The notes below the pieces were generated by a model that did no database searches, was not told where the DNA came from, and saw only the letters and a list, made by a program, of their open reading frames with translations. The translations under genes and the position numbers were made by a program. Positions 37,690-50,169 of a DNA stretch of 64,000 nt are shown one piece after another. Source of the stretch: Vicugna vicugna (lineage: Eukaryota); the NCBI GenBank assembly GCA_013265495.1, contig MU057521.1:620001-684000 (forward strand), given 5' to 3'. Each line of letters opens with the position of its first letter. Positions within the stretch are counted from its first letter, which is position 1.

Positions 37690-38618
37690 CACCAAAGATC
37701 TACAGATGGCAAATAAGCATATGAAAACATGTTCCATGTCATCAGGGAAATGCAAATCAAAACAAGGATGAGACACCACTACACATCTATTTGAATGACC
37801 AAACTCCAGAACACTGACAACACCAGATGCTGGCAAGGATGTGAAGCAACAGGAACTCTCATTCCTGGTGAGAATGCAAAATGTATAGCCATTTTGGAGG
37901 ATAGTTTGGTGGTTTCTTAAACTAAATGTACTCCTATCATTAGATCTAGCAGTTGCCCTCCTTGGTATTTACCCCCAGAAGCTGAAAACTTAGGTCCTGC
38001 ACACAGATGTTTATAACAACTCTACTAGTAATTGACAAAACTTGGAAGCAACCATATGTCCTTCAGTAACTGAGTGGATAAACAAACTGTTACATCCAGG
38101 CAACAGAATATTATTCAGTGCTAAAAAGAAATGAGCTATCAAACTACGAAAAGACACAAAGAAAACTTAAATGCATATTATCAAGTGAAAGAAGCCAATC
38201 TGAAAAGGCTACATACTGTATGCTTTCAACTATATGAATTCTGGAAAAGGTGAAACTATGGAGACAGTGAAAACATCAGTGGTTGTCAAGAGTTGGGGAG
38301 GTAAATAAGAGCACAGAGGATCTTTAGAGAGGTAAAACTACTTGTATAATACAACAATTGTGGAGACGTGTCATCATACGTTTGTCATACAATGTACACC
38401 ACCAAGTGAACCATGACATAAACCACCATTGACTCTGGATGATAATGATGTATCATCATATGTCCATCAGTTTTAACAAAAACATCACTCTGGTGGGGAA
38501 TGCTGACAAGAGGGGAGGCTGTGCAGTGTGGGGACAGGGGTATATAGGAAATCTCTGGACTTTCTGCTTAATTTTGCTGAACACATAAAACTGCTCTACA
38601 ACACAGTCCCTTAAAAAA
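37690..38618 (+). mobile_element. L1MC-like ORF2 end and 3' UTR
   Basis: 'cagatggcaaataagcatatgaaaac...gcaacaggaactctcattcctggtgagaatgc...aagccaatctgaaaaggctacatactgtatg...aaaactgctcta' plus an A tail. Confidence 0.9.
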
Positions 38619-40652
38619 AAGTGGTGAGGTATTTTTTCTACTATTTATTCTCAAATCAGAGGATCAATGATGCATTGTCTGGTTATTGTTCCTCACTGCC
38701 ACAAACAAGATGGAAGATTCATCTCCTGTGACAGGATCACCGTCTGGGTCAAGTTTACAGGACCTCGGGAATTCTGATGTCAAGAATAAGACCCATCTCT
38801 AACCCAGAACCCTAATTTCCTAAAAATTGTCAATAACAAAGCCAGTTCTATTTTCTATTTGCATACAGTAAATCAGAAATTCTGTGTTGAATTGATTCCA
38901 GATTTCTACTTCTCAGTGTGTACTGCCACGGACCTAAGATAGTTTCACTTTCTTGGAGGAAATTTCACTATAAACCCCAAAGGGAAAGATCAATTTCCTC
39001 TTCATCCTCTCTCTTTTCCTAGGCTTTCCACACCACAAAACCCATCAAATCCAACCCGAATCATCTATGAAACTCAGGGAAGACATTTTGCTCCCCGTGA
39101 TTATCAAGTTTCACTCCACAGATATCAGCTCAATATTGTATTTTTTTAATTTGGAATTGCATGGGCAATAATCAATGTTTATATGCCAGTATACTGAAGA
39201 ATCCAAGCCCTCCTGTAGAACCCAGTCCATTTCTCCAAATTAGGTTATTCTGATCTCACGTAGGAAGATGAATGACACTAAGAAAGAAGATTATAGTGGT
39301 TCAAGGTGGCTAATGACTTTATTTTTAAAGGAATCAAGAAACTTACTGTGTATTTTAGCATCAAATATGTATTATATAAATTTTGTGTAACTGTAGGCAG
39401 ATTGGCACCTGTGCATAGTGGGTGGTTGAAGATTTATAGTCAATATTTAGTCAACAGCTCAGTCATTTTGTACTGGGTACAAATGTCTGTGACTTCTTTT
39501 ACACATTATTTTCCACTGTGCTTATAAACTCATGTAATCTTTTTCCTGGCCAGTTACATTAAAAATTATTTAAATAATACATTTCAAAGACATCTGACAT
39601 AGCAGAAAATAGGTCTGCAAGTTTGTTTATAGACACGGTATAATTTTAAAAAGCAGATTTAGAGCTGGTAGACCATCACGTCATTTGCCATTCCTAGAAA
39701 TAAGATTCCTTACCTGTATAACAACAACAACAAAAAGCCAAATTAAGACCAGAACTTCATTCTCCTTCTCAAATAATATTTTAATTTAGGTAACAGTCTG
39801 CTTGTATTTCACATATAACATTTATAAGCTCCTAATTGTATTTTAGTTATCTGTGTTTTTCACTCTACCCATTCCCCCTCCTTCCTCAAACTCCAGGTCC
39901 TTGAAGCCAGGGATTTTCATTCATTTGTATATTCCCTCCTCCAACTTGCTAATTAAAAAAAATTCTCTGATCATAGCCTCCAATCTGTTCTGCTTACTTG
40001 TATAAATGCTCTCATTATAAAAATTCTATCACCTCCCATGACTTCCAATCCATAGATGCCACTCTCAGTATTTGTCGATCTTCCTCGTCTTCATTTGCCT
40101 CTAGCATTCTTCCTCTCCATGCCAGTACTCAACCAAGTTAACAATGCTAGATAAATTTACAGAGCCAGTGGGCTTAGCATTTTTGTTCCCCTCCCTCGCA
40201 TTAGTTATCCATATAACAGTAAGGTTGTTCCTGGTAAATATGTTGACAGGCATAACTCTGTTGACTGTCACGTAACTGGGTGTGTGTAAGTAGCTGTGTC
40301 TGGCTGCTGGTTCCCAGTCCAATCCCTAGTCATAGTCTTTAATCCCAATGTTAGACGTCTGTTTCAAGAGGCAAATGGGTACCTTCCAAGGCTTAATCTC
40401 GACTCTTGGGTTCTTTCCTGAGACTCCTCCCCAGAACACCCTTTATGTCTTCATTGCCAGAAGTGGGATCTATTTATGGGGATATTCTATGACAAAATGA
40501 TCACGTCTTTTTACAAAAGAAATGAAAAAATTTTAAAGGAGAGTATGTACTTTTCCAATTATCTTAAAAACCAGCCCCCTCTAAGTCTATGTATCAGCGT
40601 CACAATGAAGTCTGGTTCCCCACTCTCTTCTCGGGCATGTATCTCCACCTCT

Positions 40653-40691
40653 GTGTGCACGCGTGCGTGTGTGTGTGTGTGTATGTGTGTA
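40653..40691. repeat. (TG)n / alternating purine-pyrimidine microsatellite
   Basis: tgtgtgcacgcgtgcgtgtgtgtgtgtgtgtatgtgtgt. Confidence 0.9.
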
Positions 40692-43600
40692 TTCAGAAGG
40701 GTACATCACTGGCAAAATAGGAGCAAGCACCATTCAGGGAATATTCAATTCAGCTTTACCCTGACAGCCATTTCTTAGACTAAAGAAGAGCACACTCATT
40801 TTGGCTGGTACTGCTAAAATTGCCCTTTCTTTTCCTAAAATAGTAACTATTACCTCATTAAGAAAAATCACAGCCCAAATTAGAAACTATAAAAATCATA
40901 TTCAGACCTCACTCGTTCTAGGTGTTCTTCTAAAAATCAATAATTTAATTTACTAAAAATTTAAAATATTTTTTAAAACCTCTAAGGGTACATTGACCTA
41001 CTCTCTCTTTCTCCTGAAGACCACCTTTTTTTTTTCTGCCCAGAAGATTTAAAACATTCTCTTGTACTTTTTCAAACTTAGCCTCATCACAGTCCACTGA
41101 TATTTCCAAAATCAACAGTGACTTATGAGAGTCAACTTCATTTCTGTTTGACAGCTCTCCCACAAGTTACACAAGTGGTCACCTCCAAATGATTTGGCTC
41201 TAAATCTACGGTTTGTACAAACAAGAGTTCGTAATCAACCTGCGGTGTGAATATTTGCTAGCAGGTGAATTTTTACGAAAGCTCTAAGTTGCCACTACAT
41301 AAAGCAAGTAAGATTCTCACTCCACAAGCTCAGATGTGCAAGAGGTCAACTTTATTTTTCCATTACTCCACTTCCTTTCTGAGTCTCTATTCTGTGGCAG
41401 TAGTGGGCAGTTCATACCCAGCAATCAGCAACTCTGCTTTTCCTGGAGTTGGACTAATTTTCTGAGGACAGGAAAGAGCTTTCATAGTAGCAAGACATTG
41501 CTAAGGGCATCTACTATTCCTCTACACAAAGTCTCCCCAAGACATCCCTTATGGCTGTCTGCATGATCCCTTCACACCTGGTTGTTCTCTCCACTATTTA
41601 TATTCCTAGAGACCCAAGAACTATTTTGGCTTTGGTGCCATGCTGGGGCACCAGAATCTCTGTGAAGCCATCCACAATCCCATTTGCCTAGCTTGAGAAG
41701 GGGGAAAATTACTGTTTCCCCAGACTTAATCCATTTTCAGCTCTTGAGGAGAACAGAGCTATTACAGGTAAAAGTCCTTTAATACAGCACATTTGAAATT
41801 TAGTCAAGCATAGGGAATATAAAACTTTTACCCACACAACTCATGGACTAAAGACATATGATGCATGCATTTTGCTATGATCAACCTGTGGGTTTCTGAC
41901 CTGATGATCATCAGTATTCACTGCTAATTCATGTTAGGTTCTCAGCTGCATTCACAGAACACTGGCAATGGTATCTATCCTACTGAGTAGAACATCTGAG
42001 AAGGTTTCTCTGATTAATGTGTCTAACAGCAAAATGTTCTTATTCCACCGCTAATACATGACGTACTCAAGTAGCCTAACTTCTAACACTTACCTCTTTT
42101 TTCTGCTTTCCTTGGGTCTCATGTCCCAATTTTGAAATCTTTATGGCCATAAGGCCATATATAGAAATGCAGTCTCCCTGTTACACTTGATTTTGTGCCA
42201 ATAACATGATTCATTTTATATAGGCAGCTCAATCTAGCATTTCCTCTCCAGCCTAAAATCTCATTGTGTTTTGTTCAGCTCACTGGATCAAAAATATATT
42301 GCCATATCATTTTCTCCACTGGAAAACATACTTACTATCATTATTTTTTTTCATGAATATCAGGCTGTATCCTTTGCACACTGCTCCTCATCTCTCCTGC
42401 CAATGCCTCTTTCCACCCCTGCCTAAATTTTTTCATCATTCCAATAAACTGATACATTGGAATGGAATAAATTTAGTTTCAGTCTCAGGGATAAATTTAT
42501 GATCTTCTTAAATAAGCCTCTTTTTAATTGATGAGTCTACTGCAAATTGCATATTTCAGTTTACTCTGTAAGGAATACAATTAAACTAAGGCAAGGCTGG
42601 TTATGACTCATGTATAATAAAATGAAAACAGTATCATCATTAAACACCAAATAAAGCCATTGATTCCGTGTATTATTCTGTCAGTTTTAATTGAATTGCA
42701 TTTTCCCTCTTTCAGTTCTTAATTATGCAGTTCATGCTGAATCTTTATTTTTGTGCACAGAATGGGATAATGTTCTCTTCCTCCTTACCTTAGTGTCTAA
42801 AAATACAAGTCTATTGAGAACAGAAAAGTCTTTGTTGGTCTTAATTAAAGCAAAACACCTGCTTTTATCCTGGGAGCTGAATGTGTTGCTGTACTGAGAC
42901 TGTTACCAAGTGAGGGGACAATAGGGCTGCTTCCTGTTGCATGTCCTTCTCCCTGACCTGTGGTCTCAGCCTCTTTCCACATTCTATCAGAAAAGGAAAA
43001 CCGTGACATCACACTACCCAGCCAAGAAGATCCAGGGGACCTCTCCAGCCTGCTAATGAGCATTAACTCCGTCTAGACTGTCAAGGCTAGACCGTACAAA
43101 GTGAGGTAGATACTGTTTAACATAGGGGTAGATATAGGTAGTGAGATAATAATCTAAAAATTCATTTGTTTCCTCAGTTAACTTGTGAAAGACTTAAAGG
43201 CAAAAACTGGACCCTGATATGCGCCATATAGCTGAGATTATGTGCAAGTGAAAATGAACCAAGGGAGACGGAATAAGTGTAGAAATCTAGATGTGAAGGA
43301 AAACCTGTGACTAGTGTAATCCCTTCAGTTCAAAACAGGCAAAGTGAACTTAATGTCGACTCTTCTCTCTTCCCATAAGGGTGTTGTCTATTTCTAAAGT
43401 TCTTCCACCAGATTTAAGTACACCCATAACTCTAATACCAGCACAATTTTATTTCTAAGACTTAATTCACAGGAGCCAGATGTTCCTGTCGAGTGGTATC
43501 AATGTTAGCGAGTAATGGGCAAGTTATTTACCTTGGAGCATATGATAGAGACAAAACCGTGCATTTTCCAGTAAGACAGTTTTCCAAAAGAAACCTAGCT

Positions 43601-46382
43601 TGGGGAATATCAGAATTGAGAATCAAAGGATGACATGAGGTCAGTCTTTGATGTCCCAGTGACATTCAATATGAACTGAGTAAATAAAGACTGAAATATT
43701 ATTATCACAGTCTAGAAGCCTAGATGACCAGGGCCCGAGTCAAGGGAAGAGGAAGTAGTTGCCATTGGGACATATCCTGAGAGTTGAGAGACTGGCCTTT
43801 TGGGGCTGAGTACATCCAATCACCACCGAGTATCTGAGTCTCCCTGGAAAGTCTCCTGGCTCCGGTACGTAGACTCCGCCACTCATGCAGCGCTACCTCC
43901 GTTAGCCACGCTAGTAGAGACAGCTGCCTTGGAGTGAGAATAGGCACTACTCATTCCTGTACTCATTCTACCCAGGTTAAAACTCATCTGCCAATAGTGC
44001 CTTCTATCATGCACTGCAGATCATTCTAATAAAGTTACTTCAATTTGATCTCTTTTTTATTCACAACCTACCCTTTGATGGAAGAGAAAAGAAAAAGGAA
44101 AATGCCCAAGAAATAAAAAGGCGGACGTAGGATGGGCTGAGGAAACTCACATTTACTCAGTTCCTTTTCTGTTAGAGGCACTATGTGAGTTTTTTACATC
44201 ACTGACCAGTTTTGTTTGTTTATTTTTATATCAGTGATCAGTTTTTTTTAAAATATCATTTAAGATTAATAGGGAAACAAGGTAATGTCACTTAATACTA
44301 GACAAATAAAGGTTAAATGTAAATTCAGGGCCATAGGTCTATATAGTTTATAACATTCCTGACTCAGATTCTACAGTGACAGGTAGCTTGTAAGTCTATA
44401 AATAATGTTGATTTTTATGTTCATTGTTCCTAAGATCGCAAACTAATGCTTACAACATGGTAACATCTATTTTAAATCAATTTCCTGCAAATTAATTATA
44501 TTATTTTTATTAGTAAACTAAAACACAGCATATTTGGGCAATGTAAATTCACAGTGACCCAAAGATTATAAAGGAGATAAAAACTGTTGTTTACAGAGAC
44601 TCTCCAGAAGGGTTTATGAAATTATTCTTTCACTATTAAAAATGAGAAATCATAAAACAAGGAGATTGTAAAAAATCTTTGGCATAAATTCACATGAAGA
44701 CTGTCTGCCAACATTTTAATTAAGGAGAATGGGTTGGCTTGCTTATCAAATATAATTGAGAGAGTATTGACCCAAGGTTGGTTTGTCTAAGGGGCAGTAG
44801 AGAGAACATGAGATTCTAGACACAGCCTCTCTCACATTTTTCCCTTGATATACTTTGAAAAGAACTTTCTCCCTCACCTTGCTTTCCAAGAACTGAAACA
44901 GTTAAATCAAAACATTTGGCTGGATCTGACAGTCAGGTTCTGTGGACATATAAAACCTGGTGCTGAAGGGACTTTCTGAAGGCAGGTACCAAAGGGATCC
45001 TATGCCTTTGGGAATCAAATAGCATTCCCATGATGGAGGAGGGTTCTTGCCTTCCCCTGGCTGTAACGTGGTCCTCAACAAGTGTGCTGGTAAGATTTGT
45101 TGAACTACTTCTGAATGTAGAATGACATTGATTTAACCCTGCCAGCATACAGAGATAACTTCTTGAGTTTAAAAAACAATATACATTCAAGAAAAAAAAT
45201 GGAACTCAGCTGACAAAAATACCCTAGCAAATACATCCCTTGATTCCTTAATGTCATCCTCTTTATGAGCCAGATTTTCTCATAGCCTAAACTGTTCCCT
45301 AGTTATAAATTAAGCGCCATATGAATAACTTGCTTGCTGGTATTCTAGTGATCTAAGGTTAATGTTTAACTATTAACAGGAAATAAGATTCCAGGCACTA
45401 CGGTTTGAGAAGAGTACCACTGGGGTACCAGGTAGCAAATCCTGTTTAAGTCTTATAATAAAGAAGTAATGTAAGTGCTGGAAGAATGTGAGCCAATGAA
45501 GAAATTGATGTGAAAAGAATATTTCCCCTGGGCTGGGGTATTTTATGTTTCAATATTGAAACTTGAACATTTTTTGCACCAGAAAAGTTATTCTTAGTTG
45601 TTGGCAGAGTAAATCCATGTTATCCTGCATTCTGAAGCAGTTCAGCTGAATCTAATTAGAACATCTGCAGATTTATGCAGCTTTCTGTATATTAAAGTCC
45701 CTACCCTTGTGAAATAAATATTTCTCCTCAATCCTTTATTTTTACCCATCTCAGTGTTAATCAGACTAATACGGTATAAATTTTAACAACCACTTTTATG
45801 ATCCTAGGATGAATGGTGCAATACAAGTCTAAAATATCAAGACCTTATAAATAGTGTCAGTGTGCAATGGATCTCAATGCCTTCCAACTAGCCATCAATT
45901 TTGGCTTAGAGAAAAGGAAACAATTATGAACTCAGTCATTTGCTTCTTGTTACTAGTTTTTCAGAGATTTTCAAGGTGATCCATGCATTCTTAAGATATA
46001 AAGGAGAACCTCTTTTGGTCTCAGGGTCTCTTGATAGAGAATTCATTGACTCATGTAGGCAATTATACCAAAAAAAAAAGTCAGTTGTCTTTTTTTTCTC
46101 TTAAATTACTCAGATTCATATAGGAAATGAGATTTAGCTAGAGGTAACTTTAGAATAATTCAACCCTCTTGGTAAGCAAGTCCACCATCTCTCTTGGGTA
46201 ACAAGACACCTAGGTGCTATACTTCACATTACGACCGTTTTTTTTTTTTAATCTTAACCAGCCTTCTGCGTAGATCAGGCTAATCTCAGAGTGATGAGTA
46301 ATTTCTACCTTAACCTTATGACACCTCAAGGTGTTTTTCCATTAGTCTTAGATTAAAATTAGTTTGAATTTTCTCAGGCTGA

Positions 46383-46602
46383 GAAGCAGCATAGTGAAAA
46401 GAGGCTTAATCCTGGAATCAGATAGCCCTGCTGAGATTCCAACTTCACCGCTGACGAGGTGTGAATCACTGGGCAGTAATCAAACTGCCCTGAAGCTCAA
46501 ATTTTTATTGAGTGAAATGGAGATAATAATATTTACCTTTGTATATGATTATAAGGATTAAATGAACTAATGTGTGTAACTAGTACATGCTCAATAAATA
46601 AG
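46383..46602 (+). mobile_element. MIR SINE
   Basis: 'gcagcatagtgaaaagagg...ctggaatcagatag...gaaatggagataataatatttacct...ggattaaatga...gctcaataaa'. Confidence 0.8.
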
Positions 46603-46767
46603 ATGGGGACCTGAGAAGGGGATCCTGCAAAAAAAAGAGACCTTTTTTTGGAATTAAAAAAAAATTGTAACATTTGTTTAATGTTTAAAAAGAAGCATTG
46701 TCAACTCCCAAAAGGTGGTTTTAAACAAATTCCATCAGAGTCTTCTAGTCACACAACACTTTAAAGC

Positions 46768-46940
46768 AGTAAAGTGCAGCCGGGACCAGCAGCAACAGCA
46801 GCAGTAGCACCTGGAAAACTCTTAGAAATGTAAATTCTTGGGCCTCACCCCAGACCTACCAACTCAAAAACTTTGAGGAAGGGGCCGAGCAACCTGTATA
46901 CAAGCCCTCCAATGCAGGCCCAAGTTTGAGAAACACCGTT
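46768..46940 (-). mobile_element. MER5A hAT-Charlie DNA transposon
   Basis: 'aaagtgcagccgggaccagcagc...cacctggaaactcttagaaatgtaaattcttgggcctcaccccagacctac...caagtttgagaaacac'. Confidence 0.85.
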
Positions 46941-47505
46941 CTCAGCCTTCTGTCAAATGTCAGCATAACCCCTAAAGCTTCCTCCGTGGGGATGTGAAGA
47001 GTCCCAGTAGATCTGCTAAATGATCTTGAATCCCCACTTCCTCCCTCTTGGCATTCCTCTCCTGTTCTTTATTCAGGACTAATTGATGTTCACACTGGCC
47101 AATTAGTCAATGCTACAATTCAAATGGCCCCAGCTGTATCCAGACTTAACATGAAAGGTTTCCTAAAATATTTGAGTGGGTTTTTTTTTAAAAAAACATC
47201 GCAGATTTTCCTACTTGAAAAACGAGCATTTGGACCTATTTTTATTGAAGTACAAAGGTATAGTCATGTATTGTGTTCATGTGTTGCATCCTCTATATTA
47301 TTTCACATGTTCATTAAATACAAACACTGCTAAAACTAGTTTGTTAAGACTTCTACAAGTTGAGATTATATCTGAGCTCAGTCCTAAAAAAACAGGAAAA
47401 CTCGCTTATACCAAAAGGTGGAGGAGAATGGAGAATTTCAGGTGGAGGTTAATTATAGCAGCAACTTGGTGTTTTTTAAAACGTGACAGTGAGTCAATGG
47501 AGAAT

Positions 47506-48199
47506 TGTTGGGAAAATCTAATTAAAAACAAATTTTTCTCCCAATGGAGGAAACCTCTCCACAAACTTAGAAGAGAAAGAAAATAATTTCATTATTGAAT
47601 CAGCATTAAGCCAGAATGTGATACTTATTACAGTCAATCTGCTAAGAGATTAAAGACTGCAAGACATATCCTTTCACAGAGCCAAGCAGATCAACTCTTT
47701 ACATACATGTTCTTGAGATAAACAATAACTAGTCAAGTAAGAGGACTTGACAGCACCATTTGTCACACATAGTTCTTCCTAAATTTATTTAGTAGTTAGA
47801 GTGTCCATCTGTGTTAGCTAATTGGTTTTATCCAAAGGAAAAATTAACTTTTCTTTATGGCAAGAAGTAGTTTTGTAACTTGGAGCTACGTACCCACTGA
47901 AGTTAGGCTCCTACCCTCCCAAAGAAACTGGGCAATGGGGGCTCTGCTCTATCTTCTTGGATGATGACATTTCAAAGAGACGGTTCTAGGTCCTTGAGAA
48001 AGGCATTCCTGGGAAGCTGGCAAGAGTCAATTTAGTTTTTAAAGAGATTTACATGCATTTCAAAGACACAGTAGAATTTCACAATTATTCAACTTCTCTA
48101 AAGTAAGTGCTCTAAGAATAGGGAGTGGGAGGAAGGCTCTTCCTTTATTTTCAACAGGGAGGATTAAACTTGTTATTTTCATTTATATTCACCCTTGCA
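47506..48199 (-). mobile_element. ERV1-class solo LTR (~700 bp; subfamily not assigned)
   Basis: TG...CA termini (tgttgggaaa...cccttgca). Internal blocks 'caagtaagaggacttgacagcaccatttgtcacacatag' and 'ggtccttgagaaaggcattcctggg' resemble recalled eutherian ERV1 LTRs. Confidence 0.7.
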
Positions 48200-48339
48200 A
48201 GGCATGAATTAAAGTCCACAGGAGACTAGATTTTGTAGGGTCTTTAGAATAGTTTGTATATGACTTTCAGAGAAATGGAAACCCACTGAAGGTTTGTGAC
48301 ATGATTTAATTGGTATCTTTAAGGAGACATTTAGCCCCC

Positions 48340-48805
48340 TTGATATACATACTGAGAAGGGCACAACATCACTTTTGTCACAGCTCTTGCCAAAAATGTG
48401 TGTTCTGAATTTAACTGTAGAATAGAAAAGACAAACCCAAATTGAGGGACATTCTACAAAAGAACTAACCAGTACTTTTCACAAAGTCAAGGTCATAAAA
48501 TAGAGGAAGATTGAGGACCCATCACAAATTGCAGAAGACTAAAGAGACTTGACAACCAACTGTAAATGCAGGATTCTTGATTAGAACCTAGACCAGAAAA
48601 TTAGTGGGAAAACTGTTTAAAATTGAATAAGGTCTGTTACCTTGGTTAATGGTACTGCATCAATGTTAATTTCCTTGTTTCCTTAATTGGCTATGTAAGA
48701 CATTAACAGTAGGGGAAGCTGGGTGAAGGATATATGGGAACTCTCTGCACTATTTTTGGAACTTTTCTATACGCCTAAAATTATTTCCAAATTAAAATTT
48801 TTATT
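48340..48805 (+). mobile_element. L1MC/L1MD-like 3' UTR fragment
   Basis: 'gacaaacccaaattgagggacattctacaaaa...catcaatgttaatttcct...ggggaagctgggtgaaggatatatgggaactctctgcactattt'. Confidence 0.85.
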
Positions 48806-49789
48806 TACATTAAATATCATTTAAGCTACTAATATTTTGATTGGGAGAGAGGGAAGATAGAGGCAGATTAGTAATGAAGGCATATTTTTCAGACAGAATT
48901 GACAGTATTTGGAGATCTACTGACTGTGAGAAGTAAAGGACAGGGATCATATCTAGACACTTCAAACCCTAGTTTAGACCTAATTTACACATGCAACCTG
49001 CATGTGTGAGACTTGTTTCTTACCAATATTTAGTTTTGGATTCATTTTCTTCCTCTACACTCACGAGAAGTTACTCCTAAATCTTAAAAAGCAAACAAGT
49101 AAGAAATAAAGGGATAACTAGAACCCTAGCCAAACCTTTTCATCCTCTTAATTTAGCCAATTGTGGAAGCCAAAAAAATATCACCACCTGTCTAATTTTT
49201 ATTTAGAGAGTTTACTGCATCAGGTGGACATACCTCGTTTTAACTAAACTTCACAAAATTGACAAGTGCATATAAAAGATAATACTACCAAGAAAAATGA
49301 CAGAAATGACATTCCTAATTCTAGTATCAGCTCTTCATCCACCATGTTAAAACTTCACTGTGCTTAAGTGAGTGCAATTAAGTCAGACAAAGCAGTAACT
49401 TACTACTCCGTACTTTAAAAAATAAGTAATTACAACCTACCCCTTTCCAGGTAAGGATGCCTTTTCATGGAGACTGAGAACATTACCACTTTTTACAAGA
49501 GACTTATGCTATGCCTTCATAGCATTTTGTGCTCAGAAACATCTGAAATGACTGCTTAGAAATATTTGCATTGATAATGTGATTTTGCCACCATAAACGA
49601 AGTCTTCCTCAGAGCTCTCATTGTGGAGAAGTGAGGTCTAAAGCATTCTTACCTCCACTCTTCCAAAGAGTTTTAAAGAAACAGGCAACTGTTTCTGTCT
49701 TTGCTAGCCTGACCCTGGGGCAGACTCCAGCGTGCATTCATCGCTGACCCGGGAAAGGAACAGTGGACTCAGGAGTCCTTTTCAGGAAG

Positions 49790-50010
49790 CATCTGGACTC
49801 AGAAGTTACACTCCTCGAACTCATACCTTAGGTGGGCCACTTATTAGCTATGTGGACTTGGGCAAGTTTTGTATCTTCTTGAGCCCAAGTTTTTCCTTAG
49901 AAAGTGACGGTTACAGTAACGCCTGCCTCACAGTGCTGCTGAGAGGATTTACTAAGCCAAGAAATGCAAAGTTTTTAAATTGAGCAGAAAAAAGTTGAGT
50001 ACTGTTATCT
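49790..50010 (+). mobile_element. MIR SINE
   Basis: 'ccacttattagctatgtggacttgggcaag...gcctgcctcacagtgctgctgagaggattta'. Confidence 0.7.
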
Positions 50011-50169
50011 TGTTTACCTAGTGGTAGGGAGTTCCTTAGTTCTTGGTTTCAGAATTATCCCGCCCCTGGATAAACCACTGTGTTCTCCTCAGTTAAGGCA
50101 TGAGCTGTTACTGAAACATACAGATTCCCTAGTATGAACACATTAAATTGAACTGAAAATATTTTTAAA

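Noticed and set aside
46628..46650. A-run/T-run hairpin resembling a terminator
   Set aside because: Low complexity, and intrinsic terminators are not relevant in mammalian DNA.
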